NCBI GenBank assembly: GCA_009786455.1
Contig: WQTD01000011.1
Location: 1,953-65,952, forward strand
Origin: Treponema sp.
GTDB lineage: Bacteria; Spirochaetota; Spirochaetia; Treponematales; Breznakiellaceae
DNA length: 64,000 bases
Direction of reading: 5' to 3'
Part shown: positions 40,920-50,352 of the stretch, in pieces
Position numbering within the stretch: position 1 is the first letter of the stretch
Layout: each line of letters starts with the position of its first letter
Notes under the pieces: model-generated
Seen by the model: the letters and a program-made list of their open reading frames with translations, nothing else
The model's database searches: none
What the model was told of the DNA's origin: nothing
Program-made: the position numbers and the translations under genes

Positions 40920-42056
40920 ATGCGTTGGATTTTTTTTTCACCTGTAGTTTTTTTATTTTATGCAGGAATTTGTTTTTATATAGGTATAAGACTTTTAGGG
41001 CTGCTTCGTTTTTTCTGTCCTGATACTAAATTAATTATTTTTTGGATTATTTTTGTTTTTTTCTGTACCGCCCCGTTTTTAACCAGCTTCATAAATCACA
41101 ATATAAATTTTTTACGGATACTGGGATCGCTGTGGATGGCTTTTTTTCTTTACATGCTCATGTTTCTTGTTTTATCGGAAGCGGCAAGGTTCATTTTCAT
41201 TTTAAAAGGAAATAAAGCGGCTAACATTAATTTATATACAACAGGAACCGCTCTTTGTCTGTGCGTTCTTTTCATTTTTTTCGGAATATTTCATGCGCGT
41301 TCAATAAAAACGGTTGATTACAATATCTCCATGCAGGGAAGCGGAGGCGGTATCCGTATAGTTCTGTTATCGGATTTGCATATCGGCTCTTTGGTTAATG
41401 AAGCATGGACAGGAAGAGTGGTGGAAAAAATAAACAAGCAGAAACCTGACATTGTGCTGATCGCCGGGGATATATTCGACGGAAATATCGATGTGATAAG
41501 GGATCTTCAGGGAGTGATAACAAATCTGGGTTCCATTAACGCACCGTTAGGTGCATACGCATGCCTCGGAAATCACGATGTTGACAGGCAGGCTCTGCGC
41601 GGCGGTACAACAAAAAGGATTGAAGGTATTTTAAAGGAAGCGGGAATTACACTTCTCCAGGATGAAGTTGTAATTATAAGGGATAATCTTTATCTTGGCG
41701 GAAGAAGGGACGCGCGTCCTATCGGACTTAGCAATGAAAGAAAAACCTCCGCGGAAATGACAGAGGGAATTAATGGAACCATTTTAATGATGGATCATCA
41801 GCCGGTTCAGTTTCCGCAGCTGGAAAAAGCGGGAGTCAGCCTTGTTGTAAGCGGTCACACGCATAAAGGTCAGCTTTTTCCCGCTTCACTGTTCACATAT
41901 TTAATATTTAAAAGAGCGGGAGCGAGCCATTACGGCTACTGGAAAGGAGAAACCATGCAGGCAGTTGTAACTTCCGGAGCGGGATTATGGGGACCGCCCC
42001 TTCGAATCGGAACAAACAGCGAAATAGCTGTTATCAATATAGAATTTATGCAATAA
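40920..42056 (+). CDS. Membrane-bound metallophosphoesterase (YkuE/YaeI-like)
   Basis: N-terminal TMs; SDLH, GDIFD, GNHD, GHTH. Confidence 0.92.
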   Translation: MRWIFFSPVVFLFYAGICFYIGIRLLGLLRFFCPDTKLIIFWIIFVFFCTAPFLTSFINHNINFLRILGSLWMAFFLYMLMFLVLSEAARFIFILKGNKAANINLYTTGTALCLCVLFIFFGIFHARSIKTVDYNISMQGSGGGIRIVLLSDLHIGSLVNEAWTGRVVEKINKQKPDIVLIAGDIFDGNIDVIRDLQGVITNLGSINAPLGAYACLGNHDVDRQALRGGTTKRIEGILKEAGITLLQDEVVIIRDNLYLGGRRDARPIGLSNERKTSAEMTEGINGTILMMDHQPVQFPQLEKAGVSLVVSGHTHKGQLFPASLFTYLIFKRAGASHYGYWKGETMQAVVTSGAGLWGPPLRIGTNSEIAVINIEFMQ

Positions 42057-42076
42057 TGAAAATGTAAGGAGATAAT

Positions 42077-43657
42077 ATGCAGTATAAAAATTTTGACGAG
42101 ACTAATATTTTTAATAAACTGAAAAGCCATGCTTCAGGCAGTTTTAACTTCAGGGAAAAACTTGACGCCAAAAGAGTGGAGAAGTGCGTTGTTCCGATGG
42201 GAGCGGGGTTTAAATATTCATGGGCGGCAAAGGCTGTTGATGATACCTGCGTCTCCCTTTTACAGGAACTTTCAGATGAACAGCAGCTCATCTTAAAATA
42301 CAAGGCTCTTCTTGACGGAGAGATGATGAACACGGGAGAAAAGCGCAAAGTGCTTCACCATCTTTTAAGGGGAGAGCAGGGGAATCCTGTTGTTAAAGAC
42401 GGAAAAAACATCGGCGATTTTTACAGGAAAGAGCTTGATCGCTTCTGTGAATTTGCATCCTGCGTTCATGCGGGTAAATACAGGGGAAGCACCGGAAAAG
42501 AATTTAACACTGTCGTTCAAATAGGAATCGGAGGCTCAGACCTTGGTCCCCGCGCTCTTTACATCGCTCTTGACAACTGGGCGGTCAAGGAAGGCAAAAA
42601 GCGCATGGAGGCGAAATTCATTTCCAATGTTGACCCTGACGACGCTTCCGCCGTGACAGCTTCATGCAAGCTGGAAAGCAGCCTTTTTATTCTTGTTTCA
42701 AAAAGCGGCACGACTCAGGAAACACTTGCCAATGAGCTTTTTGCCAAGGATAAGCTTGTAAAAGCGGGTTTGGATCCAAGTAAACACATGATAGCCGTTA
42801 CAAGCCAGACAAGCCCTCTTGCGCGTAACAGCGCGTACCTCGATTCTTTTTATATTGACGATTATATCGGAGGGCGTTATTCGTCATCCTCGGCGGTCGG
42901 AGGATGCGTTCTTTCTCTCGCATTCGGTCCTGATGTATTCAGGGAATTCCTTAGTGGCGCCTGCGAAGCGGATAAACTCGCTCTTGAAAAAGACATATTA
43001 AAAAACGCTGCTCTTTTGGACGCTCTTGTCGGAGTGTGGGAAAGAAACTTTCAGGGTTATCCCTATACTGCCATTCTACCCTACAGTCAGGCGCTCTCGC
43101 GTTTTCCGGCTCATCTTCAGCAGATGGACATGGAGTCAAACGGAAAGAGGGTCAGCCGCAGCGGAGAAATTTTAAATTACCAAACAGGTCCTGTTATTTT
43201 CGGAGAACCGGGAACCAACGGGCAGCATTCGTTTTATCAGTTACTGCATCAGGGGACAGGCGTTATTCCGCTTCAGTTTATCGGTTTTACCGAAAGTCAA
43301 AAGAACGATGATGTCAGCGTTGACGGATCTGTATCACAAAAAAAACTTTGCGCGAATCTTGCCGCGCAAATCGCCGCTTTTGCAAAAGGACAGGATGATT
43401 CCGATAAAAACAAGGATTTTCCGGGCGGACGTCCGTCAAGCTTAATATTCGGGAAAAAACTAACCCCCGCGGCTCTTGGCAGCCTTCTTGCGCATTATGA
43501 GAATAAAGTTATGTTCCAGGGATTTATCTGGAATGTTAACAGCTTTGATCAGGAAGGAGTGCAGCTTGGAAAAAAACTTACAAAAAAGGTGCTTTCCGGT
43601 GATTACGGGGACGGCGCTCTTAAAGCTTTCAGCAGGATGCTTGGTCTTTGTCCGTAA
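42077..43657 (+). CDS. pgi: Glucose-6-phosphate isomerase
   Basis: GIGGSDLGP, SKSGTTQET, GGRYS, QQMDMESNGK, GTNGQHSFYQ, FDQEGVQLGK. Confidence 0.97.
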   Translation: MQYKNFDETNIFNKLKSHASGSFNFREKLDAKRVEKCVVPMGAGFKYSWAAKAVDDTCVSLLQELSDEQQLILKYKALLDGEMMNTGEKRKVLHHLLRGEQGNPVVKDGKNIGDFYRKELDRFCEFASCVHAGKYRGSTGKEFNTVVQIGIGGSDLGPRALYIALDNWAVKEGKKRMEAKFISNVDPDDASAVTASCKLESSLFILVSKSGTTQETLANELFAKDKLVKAGLDPSKHMIAVTSQTSPLARNSAYLDSFYIDDYIGGRYSSSSAVGGCVLSLAFGPDVFREFLSGACEADKLALEKDILKNAALLDALVGVWERNFQGYPYTAILPYSQALSRFPAHLQQMDMESNGKRVSRSGEILNYQTGPVIFGEPGTNGQHSFYQLLHQGTGVIPLQFIGFTESQKNDDVSVDGSVSQKKLCANLAAQIAAFAKGQDDSDKNKDFPGGRPSSLIFGKKLTPAALGSLLAHYENKVMFQGFIWNVNSFDQEGVQLGKKLTKKVLSGDYGDGALKAFSRMLGLCP

Positions 43658-43682
43658 AGTAACCGGCTTTATGGACAAACAC
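43644..43682. repeat. 39-nt type-A palindrome overlapping the pgi stop codon
   Basis: GTCTTTGTCCGTAAAG-TAACCGG-CTTTATGGACAAACAC. Confidence 0.75.
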
Positions 43683-44617
43683 TAGTTACTGCAGAGCTCG
43701 ACAACAAAATTTACAATAGTGTTAAAGTTTTGCGGAGTAAGGCGGTCTGGAGTATCGGCGACAGTGTTTAAATTTTTCCATGTTGACGGAAGATTGCGCC
43801 TTTCATTGGATTTTTTTATTTCACCGGAGATGAGAAGCTTTGTAAATTCAGGATATTTTCGCAAAATTTCTTCAAAAGCGGACGCTTCTTCCGACGGCAG
43901 CATTGTTACAGTCTGCACTGCAAATCCGGCGCGCAGAAAACCCATGTCGTCACAGAAGGGAGCGGGGGCGATCAGGAATTTTTCAAGATGCATGAGGGAA
44001 GCGGTATTAAGAGCGTGATTTCGAAGCTGTTGAACATCGCTTTTTATTTTTTGAATGTTCGGTCTGTCGTTGTTGTTTAAAACAGAATCTGTTAAATTCG
44101 AAAAAATTAAAGTATCTCCTGTTCCGCATGCGTCAAAATTAAAGATTTTTGCCTTTTCAAGACCCCATACTCTTAATTTTTGCGCAAGGGTAAAAGACCC
44201 CTGCGATTCAAAATTTTCGCCGGATGTAAGTTCTTCCTTGTCCGTGAAGACAATCATCCAGTTGCTTAAGCCCCTTTGTGTAAGAATATTCGCCGCTTTT
44301 AAAAGATGAAAAACCGCAATGCTGTTGTCATTGGCGCCAGGGCTTCCGTCTACACGATCGTAATGAGCCACAAGCATAAAGGGGCTTTGTCCTGCAAAAG
44401 GAAGAGCGCTTCCCAGAGGACGCGGCAATTTTCTTGAAGGCGGGAAAATTAAAAAATGACGGTTTCCGGAAATTGAAACAGCAAGGGAGTTTAACCTCAG
44501 TTTTTCAACTGTTGCCAGAAGCGTCTTATAACGATCTACTTTTATCGCAATAAAATAATTAAAACGATCATACGGACTCTGTTTTATCCAGTCATTGCCT
44601 GATGCTTCTGTTTTCAT
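43682..44617 (-). CDS. M28-family peptidase-like protein
   Basis: VAHYD, PGANDNS, FTDKEE, NFD. The C-terminal His appears replaced (LNTVADT). Confidence 0.8.
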   Translation of the reverse strand: MKTEASGNDWIKQSPYDRFNYFIAIKVDRYKTLLATVEKLRLNSLAVSISGNRHFLIFPPSRKLPRPLGSALPFAGQSPFMLVAHYDRVDGSPGANDNSIAVFHLLKAANILTQRGLSNWMIVFTDKEELTSGENFESQGSFTLAQKLRVWGLEKAKIFNFDACGTGDTLIFSNLTDSVLNNNDRPNIQKIKSDVQQLRNHALNTASLMHLEKFLIAPAPFCDDMGFLRAGFAVQTVTMLPSEEASAFEEILRKYPEFTKLLISGEIKKSNERRNLPSTWKNLNTVADTPDRLTPQNFNTIVNFVVELCSN

Positions 44618-44626
44618 TATTAAATA

Positions 44627-45499
44627 TTACCCTTTAATTTTTACAGATTTTATTATTTCAGAAGGAGAACAAAATTCCTGCTGCGCCTCAATAAGCCTAA
44701 GTTCAACAGGAGTTTTATCTCCCTTGCGTACAAATTCATTATAGCTCATTTTCAATATACCGTAAACAGATGATGTGCATAATTCCAGTGTTTCCTTAAT
44801 ATTTTTGTTTTTTAAATAATGAGATAAAAAAACAGCGGAAGTCATATCGCCGGTTCCAGCAACGCCGGTTCCAAGAGGTATCTCGGCTGTAGTAATTTTA
44901 TAAATCTCGTTTTTACAGGAGGCAAGCATGGAAAGTTCTCCTTCTTTTTCACGGAAACTTGTAACAAGCACAACGGAAGGTCCCATTTCATGCAGGGTTT
45001 TTATTGCTGTTAAAACTGCTTCTATATCAGGCGTTTTAATGCCTGTAAGCTCTTCAAGCTCAAATTGGTTTGGACAGGTAATATCGGCAAGACATATAAG
45101 ATCATTTTTAAATATTAACGGAATATCAGGTTTTACATATAAGCCCCTGCCAGCGTCTCCCATTACAGGATCACAGCAGTAAAGCGCATTTTCATTTATA
45201 CTTTTTATTTTTTTTACAGTTTCCGCTATTACCCTGCCTGAAGCTGCATCCCCAAGATAACCTGATAATACAGCTTCGCAATCAATAAAGGCATTTCTCT
45301 CTTCCAGCCCCGTTATGAGCTCTTTTATATACTCGGCGCTGTGAATTTTTCCTCTCCATGAACCATAACCTGTGTGGTTTGAAAATTCAACAGTGTTGAC
45401 AGACCATACCTGCCTACCAAGACGCTGCATGGGAAAAACTGCCGCTGTATTACCTGCGTATCCGTAAACAACATGGGATTGAATTGATAAGATTGCCAC
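44627..45499 (-). CDS. pdxY: Pyridoxal kinase
   Basis: ILSIQSHVVYGYAGN, SNHTGY, CDPVMGD, PNQFE, GTGD. Confidence 0.93.
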   Translation of the reverse strand: MAILSIQSHVVYGYAGNTAAVFPMQRLGRQVWSVNTVEFSNHTGYGSWRGKIHSAEYIKELITGLEERNAFIDCEAVLSGYLGDAASGRVIAETVKKIKSINENALYCCDPVMGDAGRGLYVKPDIPLIFKNDLICLADITCPNQFELEELTGIKTPDIEAVLTAIKTLHEMGPSVVLVTSFREKEGELSMLASCKNEIYKITTAEIPLGTGVAGTGDMTSAVFLSHYLKNKNIKETLELCTSSVYGILKMSYNEFVRKGDKTPVELRLIEAQQEFCSPSEIIKSVKIKG

Positions 45500-46425
45500 T
45501 ATTTTCCCCTGACTTTATTTATTATTCTTTCCGCAGATATTGCCAACTGTCTGAAAAAGCTCCCTTTCTCCTGTCCGTATCTTTTTGTAAAATCCCCTGC
45601 GGCCTTTGCAAGAGGATATGTTCCATATTTTTTTTTCAGGAAATCCCAGTGTTTAATTATCCAGACATAAAGATCGGCTTCGGTTCTGCCGGGAAAATTC
45701 GCCAAAAAAAGCTGTTCCCTTATAATCGTAATTACAGGAGTGTATACATTTTTAAACCAGGAAATAAGCGCTTCTTCGAACGGTATTTCATCTTCCCTGT
45801 TTTCATTCAGGTAATATTTGTGCACAAGTATGTGATTGTAAATAACATCGTACCTTCCAGGAGAACTGAAATACAACTCATTATAACCGGTTAATTTTTT
45901 AAAATCTGTTTTCTCGTAAAAAATGTTTTTTTCATAATCAACAAGAGCAACGCGCAGTTCATCGATTGTATGTGAAGGTTTAATATTCACTTCTGTCGTA
46001 AGGCTTGTAACAACAGCGTCAATGAATTCAACAGCCTGCGCCTTGGCGACAGATACGCGGTGATTGCCGTCACGGACAAAATACATCCCTCCGATTTCAT
46101 AAAGCTGAATGGGAGGAAGAATAATGTCTTTAATATGGGCTTCGTCCACTCTTTGCCAGCGGTGGCGCAGATGTTCCTTTTTGGGAAGAAAAAATTTGTT
46201 AAAATCATGGTACCGCCCTTCGCTTCCGACAATCATTTTTATCGGTACTATCTGGCTTCCCCTGTAAACTTCATTTTTTGGCTTTAAGATATCCTTCACG
46301 TCGTTAAAGGAAAGAAGCCTGTTGCGATCAGTATTTAAAAAATGCTGCATCTGTGAAAGAAACGCTTTGCCTCTTGCGCGTGAGAAATCGTAAGAGGCTT
46401 GCTGCGCTATGCTGTCAATATCCAT
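45499..46425 (-). CDS. ParB/Srx-like domain protein (DUF4032-associated type)
   Basis: IVGSEGRY.DF...FLP, LPPIQLY...YFVRDGNHRVSVA. Confidence 0.75.
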   Translation of the reverse strand: MDIDSIAQQASYDFSRARGKAFLSQMQHFLNTDRNRLLSFNDVKDILKPKNEVYRGSQIVPIKMIVGSEGRYHDFNKFFLPKKEHLRHRWQRVDEAHIKDIILPPIQLYEIGGMYFVRDGNHRVSVAKAQAVEFIDAVVTSLTTEVNIKPSHTIDELRVALVDYEKNIFYEKTDFKKLTGYNELYFSSPGRYDVIYNHILVHKYYLNENREDEIPFEEALISWFKNVYTPVITIIREQLFLANFPGRTEADLYVWIIKHWDFLKKKYGTYPLAKAAGDFTKRYGQEKGSFFRQLAISAERIINKVRGK

Positions 46426-47125
46426 TTCCTTCTCCCAAATCTATTACATAATGGCTGTACGCGTTTATAACAGTCGTGTTTTCACATTTTGTACAGCGCA
46501 CATCTGATAAATCATATAAATGAATGTGACCGTGGACAAGGTACCTCGGTTTAAAATATTTCATAAACCACAAATACGTTTTAAAACCTGTGTGGCATAA
46601 ATCTTTTTTATCATGAATTCCCCTTGGAGGCGCATGAGTGAGAAGAATATCAAGAAACCTTCCGCGAAACAACCTGTTCCAGACAAGTTTTGGAATAAGT
46701 TTAACCGCTTCCATAAACATTTGAAAATCCGTGTACTGGTTGGAACCATCGTTGTAACGCATACAGCCTCCAAGACCTGCAATAATAAAGTCTCTTTCAA
46801 CTTTAATTTTTGTTCCAAGATGCACGGCTCCGCAGCAGTAATATTCTTCGTTGAATTCCGTTATCGCGGTATTCCACGTTTTTTTGAAATGATTCATTTT
46901 ATCGGTAAAATGGTTTCCAAATACAAAAAAAAGCGGTTTATTCAGGCTGGATATGATAAAATCGAGGTAATCAAAGGGCAGATCCCCCGCAGATAACACA
47001 AAATCAATGTCGGCGAAACGTTCTTTTATGGAAGAGGTGTAGACAAGGGGGTCAATTTGGTCTGAAATACACAGTATTTTCAAGTACACGCCTTTTAATT
47101 TTAATCGTATATTTGTAATAGCCAT
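46415..47125 (-). CDS. Calcineurin-like metallophosphoesterase (start probably TTG at 47083)
   Basis: CISD, AGDL, GNH, THAPP, HGHIH. Confidence 0.88.
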   Translation of the reverse strand: MAITNIRLKLKGVYLKILCISDQIDPLVYTSSIKERFADIDFVLSAGDLPFDYLDFIISSLNKPLFFVFGNHFTDKMNHFKKTWNTAITEFNEEYYCCGAVHLGTKIKVERDFIIAGLGGCMRYNDGSNQYTDFQMFMEAVKLIPKLVWNRLFRGRFLDILLTHAPPRGIHDKKDLCHTGFKTYLWFMKYFKPRYLVHGHIHLYDLSDVRCTKCENTTVINAYSHYVIDLGEGNGY

Positions 47126-47286
47126 AAATAAATTTTATTTATAGCTCGATGAACATGTTTTAATCTGTCGATATAGTATATGGACATAAAAGGCATGTTT
47201 ATCAGGTTTTATGGAAAAAACGGTATATGCAAAACACCGGTAATCTTTATTTTAACAGATTGTTTTGATATTAGGAAGGAAAAAAT

Positions 47287-48024
47287 ATGAAAAAGAACAC
47301 AAGACGTATGAGACAACTAACCGAGTTGCCGAATAAGTCTGTTATTGTATTTATTTTTCTTGTATTGACAGTTACTTGCCACGGACAGACAAGTTTTTCC
47401 AGGGGAGAAGAACTTCTGATGCTGAATCAGCCCTCCCTTGCCGCTCCCTTTCTGGAAAGCGCAGTTTCTGAAAACCCGTCAAATATAACTACATACCTGT
47501 ATCTTGGAATCGTTTATGAACAACTCGGCAGGTTTGAAGAAGCTATTGCTCTCTACAGAAGGATTCTTCCCCTGGCAGGCAGCCATTCTGCAAATATTGC
47601 CAATAATCTAGGAAATGTGTATTTTTTAAGAGGGAACAATGATGAAGCCGAAAGGTTTTATTCACAGGCGATTAGTTTTGATGCGGTATTTTCCAAGGCT
47701 TATCTGGGAAGGGCAAACACAAGGGTGAAAGCCGGAAACATACATAATGCAGTTTCCGATTACGAACAGTACCTTACTTTAGAGCCTCTTTCTTCCCAGC
47801 GCAGCAATATAGAAAGTCTGATTCGTTTAATCCGAGCCGAAGCGGCTGCCGAAGAAATGAGAAGGATTTTGGCTGCTGAAGAAGAGAGAAGGATTGCCGA
47901 AGAGAGGCAGAGGCTTCTTGATTCGGTGTCGGCGTCGCTTCAGTCTGCCGCTGATTTCAGTCAGGGAATATCATCAGGCGCAGAAAGCGTTAAAAATTAT
48001 GACGGCGAATTTGAGCTTGATTGA
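47287..48024 (+). CDS. Secreted tetratricopeptide repeat protein
   Basis: Signal peptide, about 4 TPRs, C-terminal charged helix. Confidence 0.88.
   Translation: MKKNTRRMRQLTELPNKSVIVFIFLVLTVTCHGQTSFSRGEELLMLNQPSLAAPFLESAVSENPSNITTYLYLGIVYEQLGRFEEAIALYRRILPLAGSHSANIANNLGNVYFLRGNNDEAERFYSQAISFDAVFSKAYLGRANTRVKAGNIHNAVSDYEQYLTLEPLSSQRSNIESLIRLIRAEAAAEEMRRILAAEEERRIAEERQRLLDSVSASLQSAADFSQGISSGAESVKNYDGEFELD
47302..47340. repeat. 39-nt type-A palindrome inserted in frame in the TPR gene
   Basis: AGACGTATGAGACAAC-TAACCGA-GTTGCCGAATAAGTCT equals codons 6-18. Confidence 0.8.
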
Positions 48025-48040
48025 CAGAGGAGGTAATTAA

Positions 48041-50014
48041 TTGATAGACAGACGAAAACTAATCATTATTATTTCCTGCAGTGCGGCGGCTATCCTTCTG
48101 ATTGTCGGGGGAATTATCCTTTTCTCAAAAAAAGGGAAAACCGAAGGCGGTGATTTTACCGGAGGGAATGTCGCTTATGGGGATGATAACAGCAGTAACT
48201 CAAGAAGGGATAATATTATCCGTCTTGCGACAAGTTATGCTGAAGCCGGCGAGTATAACAGAGCGCTTGATCTTCTTGACAGCCTGCTAATTGAAAATCA
48301 CAACGATGAAGACGCTAAAGCGCTTCAGGACGCCATTTTAAGATTGAACCGTTCAAGCGGCACAGATGCCTTAATCGAAGCGCAAAGGCAGTTTCTTGAA
48401 GAGCAGCGAAGACAAAACGCTGCGTTATCTGCAAATCAATTCGCCGCCAACAGATCGGCGACGGATTCGCTTGCAAGCGTCCAGGAAGAAGCCGCCGCGA
48501 TGCGGAGGGCCGCCGCAGAAGCCGAAGAAGCGAGAAAGAAAGAGCAGGAAGAAGAACTTGCAAAAGCGTCGCGTGAAATGCAGGAAATAATGAGGAAGGT
48601 GAATAACCTTGTCAGCGACGGAAAGGCAAGATTAAACGCCGGAGATCTTCCAGGAGCGAGCCAGCTTTTTTCCGAAGCAAGAAGGGAAATGCCGTCCGGT
48701 CAGCCTGTTTTTGAAGCGCAGAAACTCGCCGATATGGCTGATGCCTATTACAATTACAGGGCAAATAATCCAAACGCAGCCGGCGCTCAGGAAGCTTTAT
48801 CAAGAGCCTCGGAGCTTGCAAACGAAGCTGTAAACAAGGATCCGAATGCCGCGCTCCCTCATCATGTGCTTGGAAGGATTGCGCGCGACGCAGGACAAAA
48901 CGATAAAGCGATCAGTGAATTCAGGGAAGCTGCCCGTCTTGACAGCCATAATTATCTTTACGCGCATGATTTGGGACGCGCTTTATTTCTTGCAAGGCGT
49001 TATCAGGAAGCGCGCGATGCCTTCCAGAATGTCGTCAGGTTAAATCCCAATTTTGAACCGGGATGGTATAACCTCGGCGGAACTCTGCGCATGTTAAACC
49101 GTAATGACGAAGCTCTCTCCGCTTACAGGCAGGCTGTCGCCATAAAAGCCGATTATGCCGCTGCACACCGCGAGATTGGAAGGCTTCTTCTCGTTTCAGG
49201 CGACGCAAGAGGAGCGGTTACATCTTTCTCAAGAGCGCTTCAGTACAGCCCGAATGATTACGCGACATTATGCGAACTTGGCGCGGCTCACGGTCAGGCG
49301 GGACATCTTGCCGAAGCCGAGAATATATTTACAAGAGCGCTTTCAATCAATGCAAACGATCCCCATACCAATTACAATATGGCAATTGTAAAAATTGAAC
49401 TGAAAAAATCCGCGGAAGCCCTTAACCATGCAAGAGTTGCCGTTGACGGCGATCCGGGGAATGCGGTTTATATTTATACATTGGGTCTTGCCTGCGAGCA
49501 AGCGGGAGCTGCTGATCATGCCGTTTCGGCATATAAAAGAGCTTCATCCATTGATCCAAAGTATATGAGACCGAAGATTAACCTTGGAAGCATTTATCTT
49601 TCAAACGGGAATTATAACGAGGCGATTGAAGTTTTAAGCGAAGCGTACAGAACAGAACCAGCGAATTTTGAAATAAACAACAATTTGGGCGCTGTTTACG
49701 CAAAGATAGAGAACTGGACATACAGTATCGTTCATTATGAAAGAGCTTTAACATCAAGACCCAATGATCCAACAGTGAGATTTAACCTCGCGCGCGCCTA
49801 TGCCGGAGCGGGGGACCTTGAAAAAGCGCTGACTTCATATCAGTCTTTGCTGCGTCTTGCGCCTGATAATTGGGATGCGATGTTTGAGCTTGGAATGACA
49901 TGCGTCACACTTGGCCAGACAAATGAAGCGAAAAGATACTTGCAGGATCTGATAAGCCGCAACCCAGGTTATTCGGGGAAAGCGGAAGCAGAAAGGATAC
50001 TCCTGAATTTATGA
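48041..50014 (+). CDS. Membrane-anchored large TPR protein
   Basis: TTG start with GGAGG RBS, N-terminal TM, coiled coil, more than 10 TPRs. Confidence 0.9.
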   Translation: MIDRRKLIIIISCSAAAILLIVGGIILFSKKGKTEGGDFTGGNVAYGDDNSSNSRRDNIIRLATSYAEAGEYNRALDLLDSLLIENHNDEDAKALQDAILRLNRSSGTDALIEAQRQFLEEQRRQNAALSANQFAANRSATDSLASVQEEAAAMRRAAAEAEEARKKEQEEELAKASREMQEIMRKVNNLVSDGKARLNAGDLPGASQLFSEARREMPSGQPVFEAQKLADMADAYYNYRANNPNAAGAQEALSRASELANEAVNKDPNAALPHHVLGRIARDAGQNDKAISEFREAARLDSHNYLYAHDLGRALFLARRYQEARDAFQNVVRLNPNFEPGWYNLGGTLRMLNRNDEALSAYRQAVAIKADYAAAHREIGRLLLVSGDARGAVTSFSRALQYSPNDYATLCELGAAHGQAGHLAEAENIFTRALSINANDPHTNYNMAIVKIELKKSAEALNHARVAVDGDPGNAVYIYTLGLACEQAGAADHAVSAYKRASSIDPKYMRPKINLGSIYLSNGNYNEAIEVLSEAYRTEPANFEINNNLGAVYAKIENWTYSIVHYERALTSRPNDPTVRFNLARAYAGAGDLEKALTSYQSLLRLAPDNWDAMFELGMTCVTLGQTNEAKRYLQDLISRNPGYSGKAEAERILLNL

Positions 50015-50280
50015 ACGCCATTATAACAGTAGTAGGCAGCGACAAGGTTGGAATAATTGCCAAAGTTTCCGCTTTTTTGGCTGATCGTGATATAAATATC
50101 GAAGACATATCACAGACAGTTTTAAGCGGGAACTTTGTAATGATGATGATGGTAAATCTTTCTTCCAGTTCAAAAGCGCTTGAAGAGATCAAGCGGGAAC
50201 TTACAGTTCTCGGCGATACGCTGAATGTATCAATTAGTTTGATGCATGAAAAGGTTTTCTCCGCGATGCATCGTATTTAA
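50011..50280 (+). CDS. ACT-domain protein (UPF0237-like)
   Basis: AIITVVGSDKVGIIAKVS...NIEDISQT...VFSAMHRI. Confidence 0.92.
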   Translation: MNAIITVVGSDKVGIIAKVSAFLADRDINIEDISQTVLSGNFVMMMMVNLSSSSKALEEIKRELTVLGDTLNVSISLMHEKVFSAMHRI

Positions 50281-50305
50281 AATTACTTTGTAATTTAAAT
50301 ACGCA

Positions 50306-50328
50306 GGAGAAAAGCTCTGCTTTTCTCC
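50306..50328. repeat. Intergenic perfect hairpin
   Basis: GGAGAAAAGC-TCT-GCTTTTCTCC with no adjacent U-tract. Confidence 0.55.
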
Positions 50329-50352
50329 ACGATTTTATTCTATTGGTGAACT

